DNA of 64,000 nucleotides from IMG/VR virus record IMGVR_UViG_3300037246_001058, positions 2,020 through 66,019 of that record. One strand, 5' to 3'. Below the pieces are notes generated by a model. The model was not told the DNA's origin. It saw nothing but the letters and a program-made list of their open reading frames with translations, and did not search any database. The DNA is from a virus. Lineage: Duplodnaviria; Caudoviricetes. Positions 1 to 9,925 of this stretch are shown one piece after another (the first letter of the stretch is position 1; the number at the start of each line of letters is the position of its first letter). The translations under genes and the position numbers were made by a program.

Positions 1-910
1 AGCCACTACCAAAGATACCAAGGTAGTCCGAAACGCCGAACGAGTATCGTTCCCGCGCCTTGTATCGAACATTGCCCGAGTCGAAGTCGCCGTCCATGTC
101 GGTACGGAGAGCAACGCGCTCGAAGTGCTTCATGCCATCCGGCACATCAGTGATCAGGAACCAGTTTTTGCTGTTTGCCGAAGTGATGTAGTGGTTGACG
201 AAGTGTCCTTCAGGAACGGTTCCCGAAGTACGCAGCGCATTGAGGTCGTTGTCCGCAGTTCCCGATCGTTGATCGGACTTGAGGATACGTGCAGCAGTGA
301 ACTGGTTGTTGCTGTGGATGATGAGCCGCTTGGGCAGCGCCGCGACCAGAAGGCCACGCTCATCCGTGAAGGCAGCAATGTCGATCGCAGCCTGCTCAAG
401 ACTGGTCTCAGAGAGATCAGCCGGAGTGGCCAGGACGTTCGTCACAGTTCCGCCGCCAGCGAGAGAACGGGAGGCGCAGAGCGCAGCCCCGTCACCAGCA
501 CTGAAGTTGGTTGTGGCGAAGGCATTGTTCAGAGGGAAGATCCCCTTGGTCTGCTTCGTGTGAACCATCGCGCGTGCGAGGGCCTTTGTGTATCGCGCGG
601 AGAGAGCGTCGTAGAGATTATCTTCGACAGCTTCCTCTGTGATCGCAAAACCCATCGCGATAGTTTCGTGCGTGAAACGAGCCGTGTAGTTCTCGCCCGC
701 ACTGTCGTACGCGATCGAAGAGCCTTCGCTCTTGACCGGAGCCGCACCGAAGCCCGTGAGCTTCACTTCCTCTTCGAAACTACGTCCCGAAGATTCAGGC
801 GATCCGTAGATCGCGACGCACTCGTCTGCGTATTCCTTGTACTCCAACCCAAACAAGCCATTCAGGCCCGGGAGGAGTTCCTTCATCATTTGCGCTCGTG
901 AGATTGCCAT
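1..910 (-). CDS. Major capsid protein (3' end truncated by window edge)
   Basis: Not in the ORF track. Read by hand from ATG at 908-910 with upstream GGAG: MAISRAQMMKELLPGLNGLFGLEY...FEEEVKLTGFGAAPVKSEG...RYKARERYSFGVSD, typical of HTVC010P/uvMED-like capsids. Follows scaffold and decoration genes. Confidence 0.88.
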   Translation of the reverse strand, partial: MAISRAQMMKELLPGLNGLFGLEYKEYADECVAIYGSPESSGRSFEEEVKLTGFGAAPVKSEGSSIAYDSAGENYTARFTHETIAMGFAITEEAVEDNLYDALSARYTKALARAMVHTKQTKGIFPLNNAFATTNFSAGDGAALCASRSLAGGGTVTNVLATPADLSETSLEQAAIDIAAFTDERGLLVAALPKRLIIHSNNQFTAARILKSDQRSGTADNDLNALRTSGTVPEGHFVNHYITSANSKNWFLITDVPDGMKHFERVALRTDMDGDFDSGNVRYKARERYSFGVSDYLGIFGSG

Positions 911-927
911 GAGTTACTCTCCTTTCC

Positions 928-1524
928 TTAGATGCCTGCGCTCGAACCGAAGATCGAAATATCGGGGTCAATGATGACCAGAGCATGGGTGAAAGTGGCG
1001 CCGACCGCGCCCTTCGCGCCGTCAGTACCGTCCTCGTTGATAACGCCGACAACCTTGATGTTGGCAACAGTCGTGGCACCAGAAGTGCCTGTATCGAGAA
1101 CCTGACCGGACATTCCGGTCGTGGCGTTGCCCGCATTGAATTCGACGTCAAACCGAAGTCCAACTTCCGTGCGGGTGATCGTGGTGTCCACATCCGAGTC
1201 CGCGCACTTGACCTTGTAGATCTGGTGCGGGTTCACGTTTACGAACGCAACTGAGTCGTCCTGGGTGATCGTGGAAGTATACTTGTTCGACCAGACTCGC
1301 TGTCCGTCCGCATTCGTATATTCACAACCAACAAAGACACCAACAATCGCCACGTTCGTGACTGCCGACATGGCAACCACTGAGCCGTCATCTACCATCT
1401 TGACGAGGTCGCCCTCGAAGATGTCCGTAGATTCGGCACTGGCAATCTTGTACGGAAGAGTCGGGGCTGAGCCCGCTCCTACGCCTGCGCTTGAGTAGAC
1501 TCGAAAGCCTCCTTCGCTAGCCAT
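928..1524 (-). CDS. Putative capsid decoration/cement protein
   Basis: 198 aa, beta-rich (IFEGDLVK...VGVFVGCEYT), directly upstream of MCP, with AAGGA RBS. Confidence 0.6.
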   Translation of the reverse strand: MASEGGFRVYSSAGVGAGSAPTLPYKIASAESTDIFEGDLVKMVDDGSVVAMSAVTNVAIVGVFVGCEYTNADGQRVWSNKYTSTITQDDSVAFVNVNPHQIYKVKCADSDVDTTITRTEVGLRFDVEFNAGNATTGMSGQVLDTGTSGATTVANIKVVGVINEDGTDGAKGAVGATFTHALVIIDPDISIFGSSAGI

Positions 1525-1577
1525 AGTGTGTATCCTTTATTCGCGCCAAGAAGAAACGCGACGTACCTCGTCGCTAC

Positions 1578-2132
1578 CTACTTCTTGCCAAAAGAAACGT
1601 CAGTATGCTTCTCTGAAAACTTCCGCATAGTGGCGTTTTGATCGCTGAGATAGCCCTTGTCAACTGCATCGACTTGGATACGGCTCTGCTCGTCTGCAAT
1701 CAATCGGATTTGGTCTCCGATGTGACTGGGACGCTTGCAAAGCATCATCCCGCCAAAGACAACATTGCCTTCGGCGTGACCGATATCAGATACGACCATG
1801 CCCAGTTCGGGGCACTCTTCGGCCGTAACAGGTTCCCATCCGTCACGCAGGGCTTGAGAGTGGTTCATGTTGTCCACTGTCCCACCTGACGAAACCCGAA
1901 CGTACCTGAAGTCTTGTCCATGTACGGGATTCGGATCGGGAAGAAGCCGCGAAGGCTTCCATACCATCTCACGTTCAGTGTGTTCTCTGTCTTCCAGATC
2001 ACGGGGTGTGCGCGAATTGTTGTCTTCTTTGGTTTCCACTGGAGTCTCCTTGGCCTCTCTCTTGGGGGCCGCTTTGGATTTGGTACTAGGAGCTTTGTCC
2101 TTGTACAGGTCTGCCATGTCGTCGATTGCCAT
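1578..2132 (-). CDS. Conserved head-module hypothetical protein
   Basis: WKPSRLLPDP...FRYVR...DGWEPV...GGMMLCK motif pattern; coupled to the scaffold stop by TGATG. Confidence 0.6.
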   Translation of the reverse strand: MAIDDMADLYKDKAPSTKSKAAPKREAKETPVETKEDNNSRTPRDLEDREHTEREMVWKPSRLLPDPNPVHGQDFRYVRVSSGGTVDNMNHSQALRDGWEPVTAEECPELGMVVSDIGHAEGNVVFGGMMLCKRPSHIGDQIRLIADEQSRIQVDAVDKGYLSDQNATMRKFSEKHTDVSFGKK

Positions 2133-3115
2133 CAGCTGTCACCCAGCTTCAGGGTCTCACGGGCATAGACCTCCAGTGGAATGTTCAGGCGTTTCGCGAG
2201 AGACACCTGTGTTTCGGTCAGCTGCACTTTGCGTGGAGATCCACTGCCAGCGGACTGGCGAGAGGATGGTGCGACCACGGTCGGGGCGGGAGTGGCAGCG
2301 GGCTCCGATGTGCCCTCACTCCCTGCGTCTGCGGGAAAGACCGCAGACATTCGTCTGTCGATTTCTATATAGTATGCTGGACTTCCTACAATTACGCCAG
2401 AACTATTTTGATTATTCTGCATTTCCTCGTGAATTGCCATAGCGTACGAGCGTTTAGGAAGGTCTGTGTCGAACCATTCGTTACGTCCCTTCCAGCTCTC
2501 GAAGTCCCTATCGACCGCAGGAGCCTGGAGCTGCTGAGCTGCCTGCTCAACCGGTCCTGGCTGGGTCTGTGTCGGCGTCTGCCCTGGCTGTACCGGGACT
2601 GACGGCGTGTAGGACTCCGCCTCGTGCTCTTCGATCTGTGCTCGATTGAGAGCCATTTGAGCGGTTCCGAGTCGAGCGGGGTCACCCTCCTCCACAGCCG
2701 CCTGGTACTCCTGCTGAGCCGCTACGACTGCGCCCTTGGTCCGTTCCCGGACTTCGCTCACGAGGACGTTTTCGCCCTCCGCCATGAGCGTACGCAGCTG
2801 ACCATTCTCTGTCTGCTGTGCCTGAGCGAAGCGAATCGCCTCCTCCTGCATGCGCTCTGCCGCTTCTCGACCACGACGTTCATCGTTGATTTTGAAGGTT
2901 AGCTTGTCAATCCGCTTGCGTACACGAGCCGAAACAGCCTGAAGCTCCTCGTCCGTGGGGTCACCGTCCTCATTGGGGGCCTCCGTTCCGGGCTCCCTCT
3001 GGTCTTCCGGCGCACGTTCATCGACTACTTCGATTTCGTACTCGCCCACCTTGAACTGATTGTCCAGTGGGGACGTCTCGTTGTCCTGTCCTTCTTCGTC
3101 GTTCAGATCGCTCAT
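2132..3115 (-). CDS. Putative scaffolding protein
   Basis: Acidic N-terminus, coiled coil, WxxRNEWF, C-terminal LTETQVSLAKRLNIPLEVYA; sits between portal and MCP. Confidence 0.7.
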   Translation of the reverse strand: MSDLNDEEGQDNETSPLDNQFKVGEYEIEVVDERAPEDQREPGTEAPNEDGDPTDEELQAVSARVRKRIDKLTFKINDERRGREAAERMQEEAIRFAQAQQTENGQLRTLMAEGENVLVSEVRERTKGAVVAAQQEYQAAVEEGDPARLGTAQMALNRAQIEEHEAESYTPSVPVQPGQTPTQTQPGPVEQAAQQLQAPAVDRDFESWKGRNEWFDTDLPKRSYAMAIHEEMQNNQNSSGVIVGSPAYYIEIDRRMSAVFPADAGSEGTSEPAATPAPTVVAPSSRQSAGSGSPRKVQLTETQVSLAKRLNIPLEVYARETLKLGDS

Positions 3116-3507
3116 ACTCGTGTAACCGCCCGTGGATCGTCGATCACCGCAAGTACGGTGTCGTCATTGATGATGCGGAACTCCATGCCGTGTACGCCGA
3201 ATCGCGTACCAGCATACGAAGACAGGATGATCCAATCACCCTCCTTGCACCAGGCTCCATCAGGAAACTTGGCCTTGTCCGCGTATGCGTCACTTCCAAG
3301 CTTCAAGACACAGAACACAATGCTCGCATCGTTCTCTTTATCCACGCGCTCGCCCGGGATGACAATGCCACCCTTCGTCTTCTCTTCCACCTCTTTCGGT
3401 GCGACGAGGATTCTATATCCAGTCGGTACCGGGAGCTGGCTTGCTTTCACTGTGTTGCCGTACGCCTTATCGGAATACGATGCAACACCTGCTGTTGCTG
3501 CTGACAC
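3112..3507 (-). CDS. groES: Co-chaperonin GroES (Cpn10)
   Basis: PTGYRILV...EEKTKGGIVIP...GDWIIL..YAGT...FRIINDDTVLAVI matches the Cpn10 signature. Confidence 0.9.
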   Translation of the reverse strand: MSAATAGVASYSDKAYGNTVKASQLPVPTGYRILVAPKEVEEKTKGGIVIPGERVDKENDASIVFCVLKLGSDAYADKAKFPDGAWCKEGDWIILSSYAGTRFGVHGMEFRIINDDTVLAVIDDPRAVTRV

Positions 3508-3571
3508 TCTGCGTGCCTCCTATGTTTGCAAACGGCATTCGGGGGAGGTTGCCGTTGTTGCCCTCTTGTTG

Positions 3572-3796
3572 CTACTTCTTCTTTGCTGCCTTCTTCTTTG
3601 CTGCCTTCTTCTTTGCTGCCTTCTTCTTCACTACCCTCTTGCGGTCAGGCATCTGCTTTGCCGCGTTCCGGTTGCCCGGCTCTCCATCTTGGCTCTTAGG
3701 CTCGTTGCCCAGGGCCGAGAACTTTTCCCAGAAGGTCTTCTTCTTGGGCGTGGCGGGGGCCTTTTTCTTGGACGCTGCCTTTTTCTTTGTTGCCAT
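3572..3796 (-). CDS. Lys/Ala-rich histone-H1-like basic protein
   Basis: 74 aa ending in KKKAAKKKAAKKKAAKKK, encoded by a 15-bp tandem repeat at about 3575-3630. Confidence 0.65.
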   Translation of the reverse strand: MATKKKAASKKKAPATPKKKTFWEKFSALGNEPKSQDGEPGNRNAAKQMPDRKRVVKKKAAKKKAAKKKAAKKK

Positions 3797-3990
3797 TACT
3801 CGTCCTCTTGCTTTGTGACCATCTCTTGCACATCACCCACTTCCTGAATGCTGAGCCGGATGCCTGTTATTGTTCCAACCATCTCTGCGTACTGCTCGAA
3901 CGATTCCGGCGTACCGTGCGACAGTGCGTCGATATGCACATCCAGGCGTTCGGTCAGCTTGTTCAAGATTTCATCGAAGATGAATTTCAC
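3796..3990 (-). CDS. Small hypothetical protein downstream of portal
   Basis: 64 aa, abuts portal stop, coupled to next gene by TAATG. Confidence 0.6.
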   Translation of the reverse strand: MKFIFDEILNKLTERLDVHIDALSHGTPESFEQYAEMVGTITGIRLSIQEVGDVQEMVTKQEDE

Positions 3991-6597
3991 TTATCCCCTC
4001 CTTGCCGCGTTGGCGTTGATGATCTTGACCAGTGCCGCTAGATCACCCTTGCTCTCGGCTGCGTTCTTTGTCAGCGCGTCTCTCACGCCATCCTCCTCCA
4101 TTTCAATCTGCTTCATGATGAATTCAGCAACCTTGATGTTTTGAGTGGACTCGATCTGCTCTGTGCGGCTTGCCGCCTCCAGCATGTCCCCAAGGAGCTG
4201 CGCTCGGATGCGTTCGGTCGCAATAGCCAGGTCCTGATCCCGCTGATCGACCTCAAGCTCCTGCTTCTGCACCAGCTTGGCAATCTCGATCTCCGTCTTG
4301 TCTTCGGCCGTTTTTGCCCTTGTTTCGGCCTCCATACGCTTGATTTCGGTGTTTGCGAGCTGATCTTGGATGATCGGGTCTTCCAGCTTCTGCTGCTGCT
4401 CCTGCTCGGCCATCTCCGCAGAGGACCGGTTGAATAGCTGGTTTGCGGCCTGAGCGATGAGCCCAGAGAGCTGAACTTCCACTTCCGGGGGCAGTGCCTC
4501 GTCCGGGGGCGGCAATTGCACCCCGAGGTTCTCTTCCATGTCCGCCCGGTACTTGAATGCCACATGCTCGATGACATGGGCCATACCAGCCGCCTGCAAT
4601 GCGCCTGCGCCGGGATTCTGCTCCATCAGCTGCATGATCTTCGGATCCTGGGCTGCCATCATGTGTGTTGCGATGTGCGACTCGTGATCCTGCTCCATGT
4701 AGGCCTTGACGGGGATCCCGTTCATGATATTCATGTTTTCAGAGACGGGGTCGAGCAGTTGGATGTCTTCCTCGCTCGGAATGATCTCGTCGATGTCCTG
4801 AATCTCCAAGGCGCCCAACATTCGGCGATGCAGCACGTCAAGACCCTTGTAGATCTGCGGTGCGCGCTCGGCGAGCTGCAAAGCGGTCTGGTAGGTCATG
4901 ATTCGCTGCGCCATGGTCGAAGAATTCGGATCAGAGACGGGCAGGATGTCAATCCTGTCGTCGAAGTCGGCTTTCAGGTCCGCGCTCTCGTCATCTGTCT
5001 CAAAAAGGTACGCTGGATACCAGTCTTTTACAATTGAGGCGAGTATTTTCAACTCGGAGCGCAAAGCAGCATGAATTCGCGCAGAAATGGCCGTCATGAC
5101 CTTCAAATTGCGTTCAAGGAGCGCCAAAGTGGTCCCAACGGGCGCCTCATTGTTCATCGAGGAGATATTTACGTCAGTGAGGCTTGCAAATCGCCTCCCT
5201 TCCTCTACAATGGTACCAAGGAGCTGGAATAGTACGTTACTCGGCTCCCCGTAGGGCATTGGGAAGAGACTGTCGGAGATTTTTCCTCCGGGGACGTCAA
5301 CATCCCGCCACTCGCCCGGTGCAAGAGGTGTCTGATCACCCTTGACCCGCAATCCGCGAGCCTTGTAGCCGCCCTGCAAGTTCGAAAGCGTACCGGAGTC
5401 CACAAGTTGACGAAGAATAGAAGTCGAACCGCGAGCGATGCCACCAATCAAGTGAATCAGACCAAGTCCGTAAAAGCCAAGGCCCGGAATGTACTGATAG
5501 TGTGTAAAATGATTGCGCCGCTTTTTTTCTGTATCGTCTTCCAGCCAATTTCGCCGAATCCCGAGGATCGAACGTCTGGCCTTATCTATAGTGACGACGT
5601 AGGGAAGCGCGATCCCGGTTGGGGTCCCAGCAGGAAGCGTCGAATCAAGATCCGCATAGTCCTCGAATCCCTCAAGGTCGATATCCGCGTGTACCTCAAG
5701 AAGTGTAAGTAGCTCGCCGTCCTCGTACGTACCCGTGACGCCTACGATCTCCTCTTTCTTCTCCTGAACCTCACCAATTTCCGGGATCGGCCTGTCAAGT
5801 TCGGTCTGACGGTAGAATCCCGCAAGCTGAAGCTTCTTGATATCGTTCGGATCGGTGTTGTTGATGTGTGTTAGGCGCCGACAGGTCTTCAATGACTTCG
5901 TGCCCGACCCAACACAGAGGTCTTCCGCCGGTACCATCTCTGAAACGGCACGCTTGAGGTTTGGATCGTAGTAGGTCTTCTTGAAACAGGAGCCTGCGAG
6001 AGGGAGGCTGAAGAGCAGCTTGTCCGTTTCCTCTCGATACTCTTCCATTTCCTCGGTCAGCATGTAGTTCATCTGGGTGCTGACGCGCTCGGCCTGCTTC
6101 AGACGCTCCGGGGTCTCCTTGCCGACAATCTTTGTGCGGGCAGGACCCGACGCCGGGAACATTTCACCGATCTGCTGGCTCTGAAACCTAACAACCGCCT
6201 CCGCGAGCAGGGGATGCGTGATGCCGCAGGCGCCCTTCCAGGGCTGAGTCTTCTCTTCGACCTTGAGGCCGAGCATGTCGAGCCCATCCTTGTACGTGTC
6301 CTTCCAGTCGCTGCGCGCGTTCTCATCCTTCTCGTACAGTTGGATGAGCTTGGAGGCGAGAGCGCTCAGATCGTTCTCGTCCATGTGCTCAGAGAGGTTG
6401 GAATCGAACGGGATATCGGATTGCCCGATAGGATCCACATTGCTGGGATCGAAGTCAACCTCCGCGCCGCCGTCATCCATCTCTGTGACTTCGAAGTCTC
6501 CGTTCACAGGAGACGTGTCCATCAGTTCTACTTCTACGCCGGGACCATCAGGTACCGCCGAAGCGCCTGGAGTCTGAAGGGGTCGGTCAATTGCCAT
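3991..6597 (-). CDS. Portal protein (podovirus type, long C-terminal extension)
   Basis: 868 aa directly after TerL; PWKGACGITHPLLAEAVVRFQ, LPLAGSCFKKTYYDP and FYGLGLIHLIGG motifs. Confidence 0.9.
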   Translation of the reverse strand: MAIDRPLQTPGASAVPDGPGVEVELMDTSPVNGDFEVTEMDDGGAEVDFDPSNVDPIGQSDIPFDSNLSEHMDENDLSALASKLIQLYEKDENARSDWKDTYKDGLDMLGLKVEEKTQPWKGACGITHPLLAEAVVRFQSQQIGEMFPASGPARTKIVGKETPERLKQAERVSTQMNYMLTEEMEEYREETDKLLFSLPLAGSCFKKTYYDPNLKRAVSEMVPAEDLCVGSGTKSLKTCRRLTHINNTDPNDIKKLQLAGFYRQTELDRPIPEIGEVQEKKEEIVGVTGTYEDGELLTLLEVHADIDLEGFEDYADLDSTLPAGTPTGIALPYVVTIDKARRSILGIRRNWLEDDTEKKRRNHFTHYQYIPGLGFYGLGLIHLIGGIARGSTSILRQLVDSGTLSNLQGGYKARGLRVKGDQTPLAPGEWRDVDVPGGKISDSLFPMPYGEPSNVLFQLLGTIVEEGRRFASLTDVNISSMNNEAPVGTTLALLERNLKVMTAISARIHAALRSELKILASIVKDWYPAYLFETDDESADLKADFDDRIDILPVSDPNSSTMAQRIMTYQTALQLAERAPQIYKGLDVLHRRMLGALEIQDIDEIIPSEEDIQLLDPVSENMNIMNGIPVKAYMEQDHESHIATHMMAAQDPKIMQLMEQNPGAGALQAAGMAHVIEHVAFKYRADMEENLGVQLPPPDEALPPEVEVQLSGLIAQAANQLFNRSSAEMAEQEQQQKLEDPIIQDQLANTEIKRMEAETRAKTAEDKTEIEIAKLVQKQELEVDQRDQDLAIATERIRAQLLGDMLEAASRTEQIESTQNIKVAEFIMKQIEMEEDGVRDALTKNAAESKGDLAALVKIINANAARRG

Positions 6598-6606
6598 TTG
6601 GGTTCC

Positions 6607-8136
6607 TTAGTAGTATCCTGATGCGTCGATCTCTTGGAAATCTTCGTCATCGTAAAAGTCAGTGGCCAGGCGAATCAGTCCGCCCTGCCTGAACTTGATC
6701 AGGGCCTGGGTTGAGGAGTCAAGGAGATCGTCGTGAGCGCCCGGGAAGTCCGCGAACTCTTCTATCACCTCTGCCGCCCACGCAGTGTCAGGCGCCCAGA
6801 TGATGCCAGACCGAAACATGTCGGTTACCGCATTGACGCGAACGAACTTGTCCTCGCCACGAGACGGGGTGTAGGATGAAACCATGAGGCCGCGTTCACG
6901 AAGCTCTTGGATCAAGGAGAGGCCGGAGCCTCGACCCTCGATCACCAGAATATCCGGTGTGTACTGCATATACTTCTGGTATGCCATGTCCTTTAGATCG
7001 GGGAACTCCAGGCGACCCTTGTACGCATCTAGGAGGATTAGATTCGCAGCGGATCGTCGCTGTGCTCCCGCCGAGCTAGTGGTGTAGAACACGCCCCAGG
7101 TAGTGCAGGCGGAGTAGTCTGATCGAGTATCTTTCGTGAACGCGGTATCCCATGATTGAATGATGAACTGACATTCCGGTGGCTTCTCTTTGTCCCAGAG
7201 CTGCCACCAGTCCCTCTTTACTAGCGCCGTCCCTTCCGAGGACGGAGACTGCATGTACTGTGCGTTCCAACGGAACGGGCTGATCTCATTCTTGATGGCC
7301 AGCATCTCTTCGACGGACCAGAACCCCGGCCATAGGCCACGCTCCTGTCCCGGGGTATCATCGAGAAGCGCAGGAAACTCGATGACTTCCCAGTCATCAA
7401 CACCATCTCGTTCCTGGGCTTTCTTGATCACCCTGCCTGTCAGGTCCATCTTGTTCCAGCGGGTCTCTACGATGATGATCGCGCCACCGGGCTGGAGTCT
7501 CTGACGGGGTCCTGCTTCGTACCAGTCGTACACGTCCTCGAACTGCTTGGGGTCATTCTTCATGCCCTCCTGTTCCGAGACGCTATCGTCGATGATGTAG
7601 AGATCCGCGCCCTTACCGGCAACAGCACCGCCAACACCAACAGCGAAGTACTCCCCCTTGTGGTTCGTTTCCCAGCGGGCGGCAGCAGTACTGTCCTTCT
7701 TCAGTGCGACGTCCGGGAAGACCTGTCGGTACTCCGCAGACGAAACAAGATCGCGCACCTTCCGGCCGAAGGTCTTTGAAAGCTCCGCAGTATGCGAAGA
7801 CTGAATCACCTTCTTGTCCGGGTACTGCCCGAGGAACCACGCGGGCAACATGTGAGAGGCGAACTCTGACTTGGTATGCCGGGGTGGCATGTTGATGATG
7901 AGTCGCTTTAGCTTGCCGGACGCCACTCGTTCGAAGGCGTCCGCCATGATACGGTGGTGCGAGCCCTCGATGAACTGCGGCCACATCTGCTTCACAAACG
8001 GGAGAAACTTGGTCTGCGCGGTTTCCCGCTTGTCGTACTCGGCGATGCGCTCGGCAAGATGAGTTACCTCGTCGAGGACATCGGACGGTAGTTCGTGCAG
8101 CCGTTCCAGCTTGTCTTGCAGATCCTTCAAATCCAT
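6607..8136 (-). CDS. terL: Terminase large subunit
   Basis: ATPase motifs INMPPRHTKS and YIIDD; RNase-H-like nuclease motifs SWDTA and HDDLLDS. Confidence 0.95.
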   Translation of the reverse strand: MDLKDLQDKLERLHELPSDVLDEVTHLAERIAEYDKRETAQTKFLPFVKQMWPQFIEGSHHRIMADAFERVASGKLKRLIINMPPRHTKSEFASHMLPAWFLGQYPDKKVIQSSHTAELSKTFGRKVRDLVSSAEYRQVFPDVALKKDSTAAARWETNHKGEYFAVGVGGAVAGKGADLYIIDDSVSEQEGMKNDPKQFEDVYDWYEAGPRQRLQPGGAIIIVETRWNKMDLTGRVIKKAQERDGVDDWEVIEFPALLDDTPGQERGLWPGFWSVEEMLAIKNEISPFRWNAQYMQSPSSEGTALVKRDWWQLWDKEKPPECQFIIQSWDTAFTKDTRSDYSACTTWGVFYTTSSAGAQRRSAANLILLDAYKGRLEFPDLKDMAYQKYMQYTPDILVIEGRGSGLSLIQELRERGLMVSSYTPSRGEDKFVRVNAVTDMFRSGIIWAPDTAWAAEVIEEFADFPGAHDDLLDSSTQALIKFRQGGLIRLATDFYDDEDFQEIDASGYY

Positions 8137-8303
8137 TAGAAACGATAGGTGCCCTTCTTCTTGACGGGCGTGCGCCCCTTGCTAGCTTCCTTGGCTGCTC
8201 GCTTCTTCTCTGCTTCCGTCAGCTTCTTCTTGTCCTTCTTCACCTTGGGCTTCTTGGACTTGGGGCCCTTCTTCGGGGGAGTCAGCTTCTTCTTTTCCTT
8301 CAT
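8136..8303 (-). CDS. Second Lys-rich basic micro-protein (55 aa)
   Basis: Not in the track. MKEKKKLTPPKKGPKSKKPKVKKDKKKLTEAEKKRAAKEASKGRTPVKKKGTYRF*, coupled to terL by TAATG. Confidence 0.7.
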   Translation of the reverse strand: MKEKKKLTPPKKGPKSKKPKVKKDKKKLTEAEKKRAAKEASKGRTPVKKKGTYRF

Positions 8304-8304
8304 G

Positions 8305-8775
8305 CTACCCTTCTTGTACTACAAGCCCAGCCTGTCGCGCCTGCTCATCCCTGAGGGCCCGTTTATCGGCGTCCGCTTGCTTTTTGATGTTCGCCACTCT
8401 GATCCGCACGATCAGCTTGTAGGCGTCGAACGCGAAGCAGTTGAGCTGGTCTGATTCCGTCTCGGAACACAGGCCCTGGCTCAGGGCTTCCTTTGAATAC
8501 GCATAGAGGTCGGCACACTCCTCCTGTCCCTCTAGGAGAGGGTCGCCAGAAAAAGGGATGCTCTCATCCCCGCCACGATACTCATCAACTCCCTTTTGCC
8601 ATCGCTCAGTAGCCAGCTGAATAAACTCATCGAACGGTCCTCCCAAATTCGCCACGCTCACCTCCTCCGTGATTTCCCACTCATTGCTTTCGATCCTCGC
8701 CGACAGGGGGCGCCCCATGGCTGCCGCCATCCATGCCCAAGACATGCCGCCTTCGTAGCCGTCACCACTACTCAT
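8305..8775 (-). CDS. Hypothetical protein, possible all-alpha NTP-pyrophosphohydrolase-like
   Basis: KGVDEY...DPLLEGQEECADLYAY resembles the ExxEExxD helix of MazG-like proteins. Confidence 0.35.
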   Translation of the reverse strand: MSSGDGYEGGMSWAWMAAAMGRPLSARIESNEWEITEEVSVANLGGPFDEFIQLATERWQKGVDEYRGGDESIPFSGDPLLEGQEECADLYAYSKEALSQGLCSETESDQLNCFAFDAYKLIVRIRVANIKKQADADKRALRDEQARQAGLVVQEG

Positions 8776-8911
8776 TGAATATATACTCCTCCATCAACTC
8801 TTCGTCTTCCCGGCAATCGTCGCAGAAATGCTCTGACCCTATCTGGTCCAGGCTCCAGTTGAGCAGCTCGAAGAGATCGAGGGGTGTTCCGCAGATCGCG
8901 CACCAGTCCAT
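8768..8911 (-). CDS. Small zinc-finger protein (47 aa)
   Basis: Hand-translated MDWCAICGTP...HFCDDCREDEE...; two CxxC pairs. Confidence 0.5.
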   Translation of the reverse strand: MDWCAICGTPLDLFELLNWSLDQIGSEHFCDDCREDEELMEEYIFNE

Positions 8912-8912
8912 C

Positions 8913-9308
8913 TCACAGTCCTCCGTCCGCCGTATTCCGCGTGAAGGTCTCTACGACTGCGGCGCCAGCTCCGGCGTACTCGTCCTCTTCCTCAACTGCT
9001 GCCTCTACCTCTTGAGTGGTCGGGGCGTCACCAATGAATGTAGAGTTCGGCACAGGGCCGGTCTTTTCATTCGCTGAGTCGAAGTGGGGGAAGGGCTCTA
9101 CGGGCGCCAGCTTTCCGGCTTCGGGCATCGGAGTCGGCTGCTCTACCTCGCACTTTGGCTTGGCCGAAGCCTGCCGGGCCAGATACACCCGAATCTCGTG
9201 GAGGCCGTCCTCGATACCGTTCAGGGCATTGACGATCCCCTGGGCGACCACGAAGCTGGCCAGTCTGTCACTGCCGGGGGGAGCAGTCTTGATTTCATGT
9301 TCGAACAT
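8913..9308 (-). CDS. Hypothetical protein
   Basis: 131-aa ORF with GGGG RBS, in the same operon orientation. Confidence 0.55.
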   Translation of the reverse strand: MFEHEIKTAPPGSDRLASFVVAQGIVNALNGIEDGLHEIRVYLARQASAKPKCEVEQPTPMPEAGKLAPVEPFPHFDSANEKTGPVPNSTFIGDAPTTQEVEAAVEEEDEYAGAGAAVVETFTRNTADGGL

Positions 9309-9394
9309 TATATTGCCCCTTATTCACGATACTGATCAAAATTTCACGCATTTACAGTACCTCCTTGAGGTACAGGATAGCACGGGCGCCACGA

Positions 9395-9619
9395 TTACGA
9401 CGTGACCCATTTCGCGTAGCCCGCCGTCTCAATGAGCACTCCAACGATTCCCCACATCCAGATCGAGTTCATTCTCATGGCCACCCCGATCGAGAACCAG
9501 ATACATTCCCCTGCCAGCCGAAAGAGCCACCCGTCAGGATCCCCTGAGGTGAGCAGCCATTGGCCGTAGAAGAGGAGGACGTACCCGCAGTGGCCAAGCC
9601 GGTTTAGTGCGACCGCCAT
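9395..9619 (-). CDS. Small membrane protein (PnuC-like Trp pattern)
   Basis: MAVALNRLGHCGYVLLFYGQWLL...GWLF...IWF...WMW...; about three hydrophobic segments. Confidence 0.45.
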   Translation of the reverse strand: MAVALNRLGHCGYVLLFYGQWLLTSGDPDGWLFRLAGECIWFSIGVAMRMNSIWMWGIVGVLIETAGYAKWVTS

Positions 9620-9620
9620 G

Positions 9621-9884
9621 TCATACGAGGAAGAACCGGATGAAGAGGGCCGCGAAGGCCACCCCCGATACGGCGCCCGCCAGGATCCACAGAAGAGTGG
9701 CTCCTTTGTCATCGTTGGCCAGTGCGTCCAGCCGCCTGCATATCTCAGATGTCATCTGCCACTGATGGCCGAGTTGGTCGCATTCCCCAGGGGAGAGATT
9801 GCTCTTCCCGCTAAAGAAGTCGCTTCCCAGCTCATGCATCTCGTTCGGGCTCATGCCCCTCCCCCACATATCCTCTGCACTCAT
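9621..9884 (-). CDS. Hypothetical protein with C-terminal TM helix
   Basis: 87 aa, GGAGG RBS, hydrophobic tail. Confidence 0.5.
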   Translation of the reverse strand: MSAEDMWGRGMSPNEMHELGSDFFSGKSNLSPGECDQLGHQWQMTSEICRRLDALANDDKGATLLWILAGAVSGVAFAALFIRFFLV

Positions 9885-9925
9885 CTTCTGCTTCCTCCGT
9901 ATGTCTTTCCACTTCTTTGAATCAC

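Noticed and set aside
125-901. 258-aa plus-strand ORF
   Set aside because: Antisense shadow of the minus-strand major capsid gene.
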